Shown: positions 57,317-58,319 of the stretch, piece after piece
How positions within the stretch are numbered: the stretch's first letter is position 1
Layout: the number at the start of each line of letters is the position of its first letter
From: Octopus sinensis
Lineage: Eukaryota
Length of the DNA: 58,319 bases
Assembly: GCF_006345805.1 (NCBI RefSeq)
Contig: NW_021833939.1
Location: forward strand, 1-58,319
Direction of reading: 5' to 3'
Notes under the pieces: model-generated
What the model was told of the DNA's origin: nothing
What the model saw: the letters and a program-made list of their open reading frames with translations, nothing else
Database searches by the model: none
Translations under genes and position numbers: made by a program

Positions 57317-57351
57317 GTTTCCGACGAAGAACTCCGCTCGAAACGTAAAAA
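57317..57351 (+). ncRNA. Degenerate minimal hammerhead in a PLE-derived short repeat
   Basis: GUUU-CCGACGA-A-GAAC(UCC)GCUC-GAAA-CG-UA-AAAC. Core U4 is C and stem II is mismatched. The stem III region is a palindromic ACGU. Confidence 0.5.
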
Positions 57352-57438
57352 CCCTCCTTCTTTCCTGAGCGTCCAATAATACTATATTGTTCCACGTCCT
57401 CGCGTTGTGTGTTTTTTGTGCTTTCTTGTTTGGATTAC

Positions 57439-57489
<51 letters not shown>

Positions 57490-58015
57490 TAATGAAAAAT
57501 TAAAGAGGTGAACTCCAACAACACAGCGTAGGGCTCAATTTATTGTACAATTAGATTAAAGTATTAATTATAAAGAGACAAATTTCAAGGTCAATAACAC
57601 TCCTCATCAAAGCCGATACACATCTAATCATATAGGGTATATACGCGTATAAGCCATTATAAATATGCCAACATATAACATATAAAAGCAAATATATACA
57701 CATATAATAGTGTGATTCCGTGCCCAAAACAAAGTCAGACAAATAATTGCATAAATACATATAGATAAATCCAAAAGTCTCAAGCTAATGAGACGACAGT
57801 TCAGAATAATCCAAAAAGGAAGTGCTCAAATGAATCCAATAAGGGCGAAAGAATCTTACGGCCGTTTCTGGGAATGTGCCAAGAAGTGTATAGGTAAATC
57901 CTTTTGAACTTCAGTAAACCACATTTCCTTCAAAATTTTACCTACACACGTCTTCGCATATATAATATACATAATATATAGTATAATACATAATATATAT
58001 ATATATATATTATAT

Positions 58016-58050
<35 letters not shown>

Positions 58051-58061
58051 TATATCTTATA

Positions 58062-58097
<36 letters not shown>

Positions 58098-58319
58098 CAA
58101 AATAAGAAAATGGAGAAATACATCTAAATCAAGTATCGATTACCAGATAATACCCAATCACATACTTTATTAAACCACCACATAAGAAACTTTAAGGACA
58201 AACATAATAAAGTAGAACAAAATAGTGTACATAAAGGAGTGCACATAAAAGAGTAATGTTATACAGTAAGTACAATATGTATAAGAGAATATAAAAATAA
58301 GTAAATATAAGTATAGGTA

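Noticed and set aside
57570-57620. Minus-strand UUGAUGA...GAAAUUUGUC hammerhead
   Set aside because: Core mutated, and stems I and II do not pair adequately.

Overview
AT-rich, repeat-dominated eukaryotic genomic DNA, most likely from an octopus or other cephalopod. This is inferred from the tRNA-derived SINE families, the (TA)n/(CA)n/(TAGA)n load and the retroelement mix. The only clear host gene is an apparently intronless secreted protein at 14367-15849 (+), with a signal peptide, six sushi/CCP modules and an unrecognised 7-Cys C-terminal tail. It is split by two 1-nt deletions in short homopolymer runs that look like assembly errors. The gene sits in a locally duplicated cluster: 1-4179 repeats 16231-20290, and a paralogous 3' end lies at 4178-4560. 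That paralogue differs only by non-synonymous changes in the Cys tail, while its 3'UTR has no substitutions up to the likely poly(A) site. The rest of the window is mobile DNA. It includes Penelope-like element (PLE) fragments, one of them bounded by inverted repeats that each carry an intact minimal hammerhead ribozyme. There are two R4/Dong-type LINE families in (TAA)n, a Tx1/L1-type LINE, mariner relics, Helitron ends, a solo LTR and SINEs. A ~5.9 kb ATT/ATC array with higher-order periodicity is also present. All identities were judged by eye; no searches were run.
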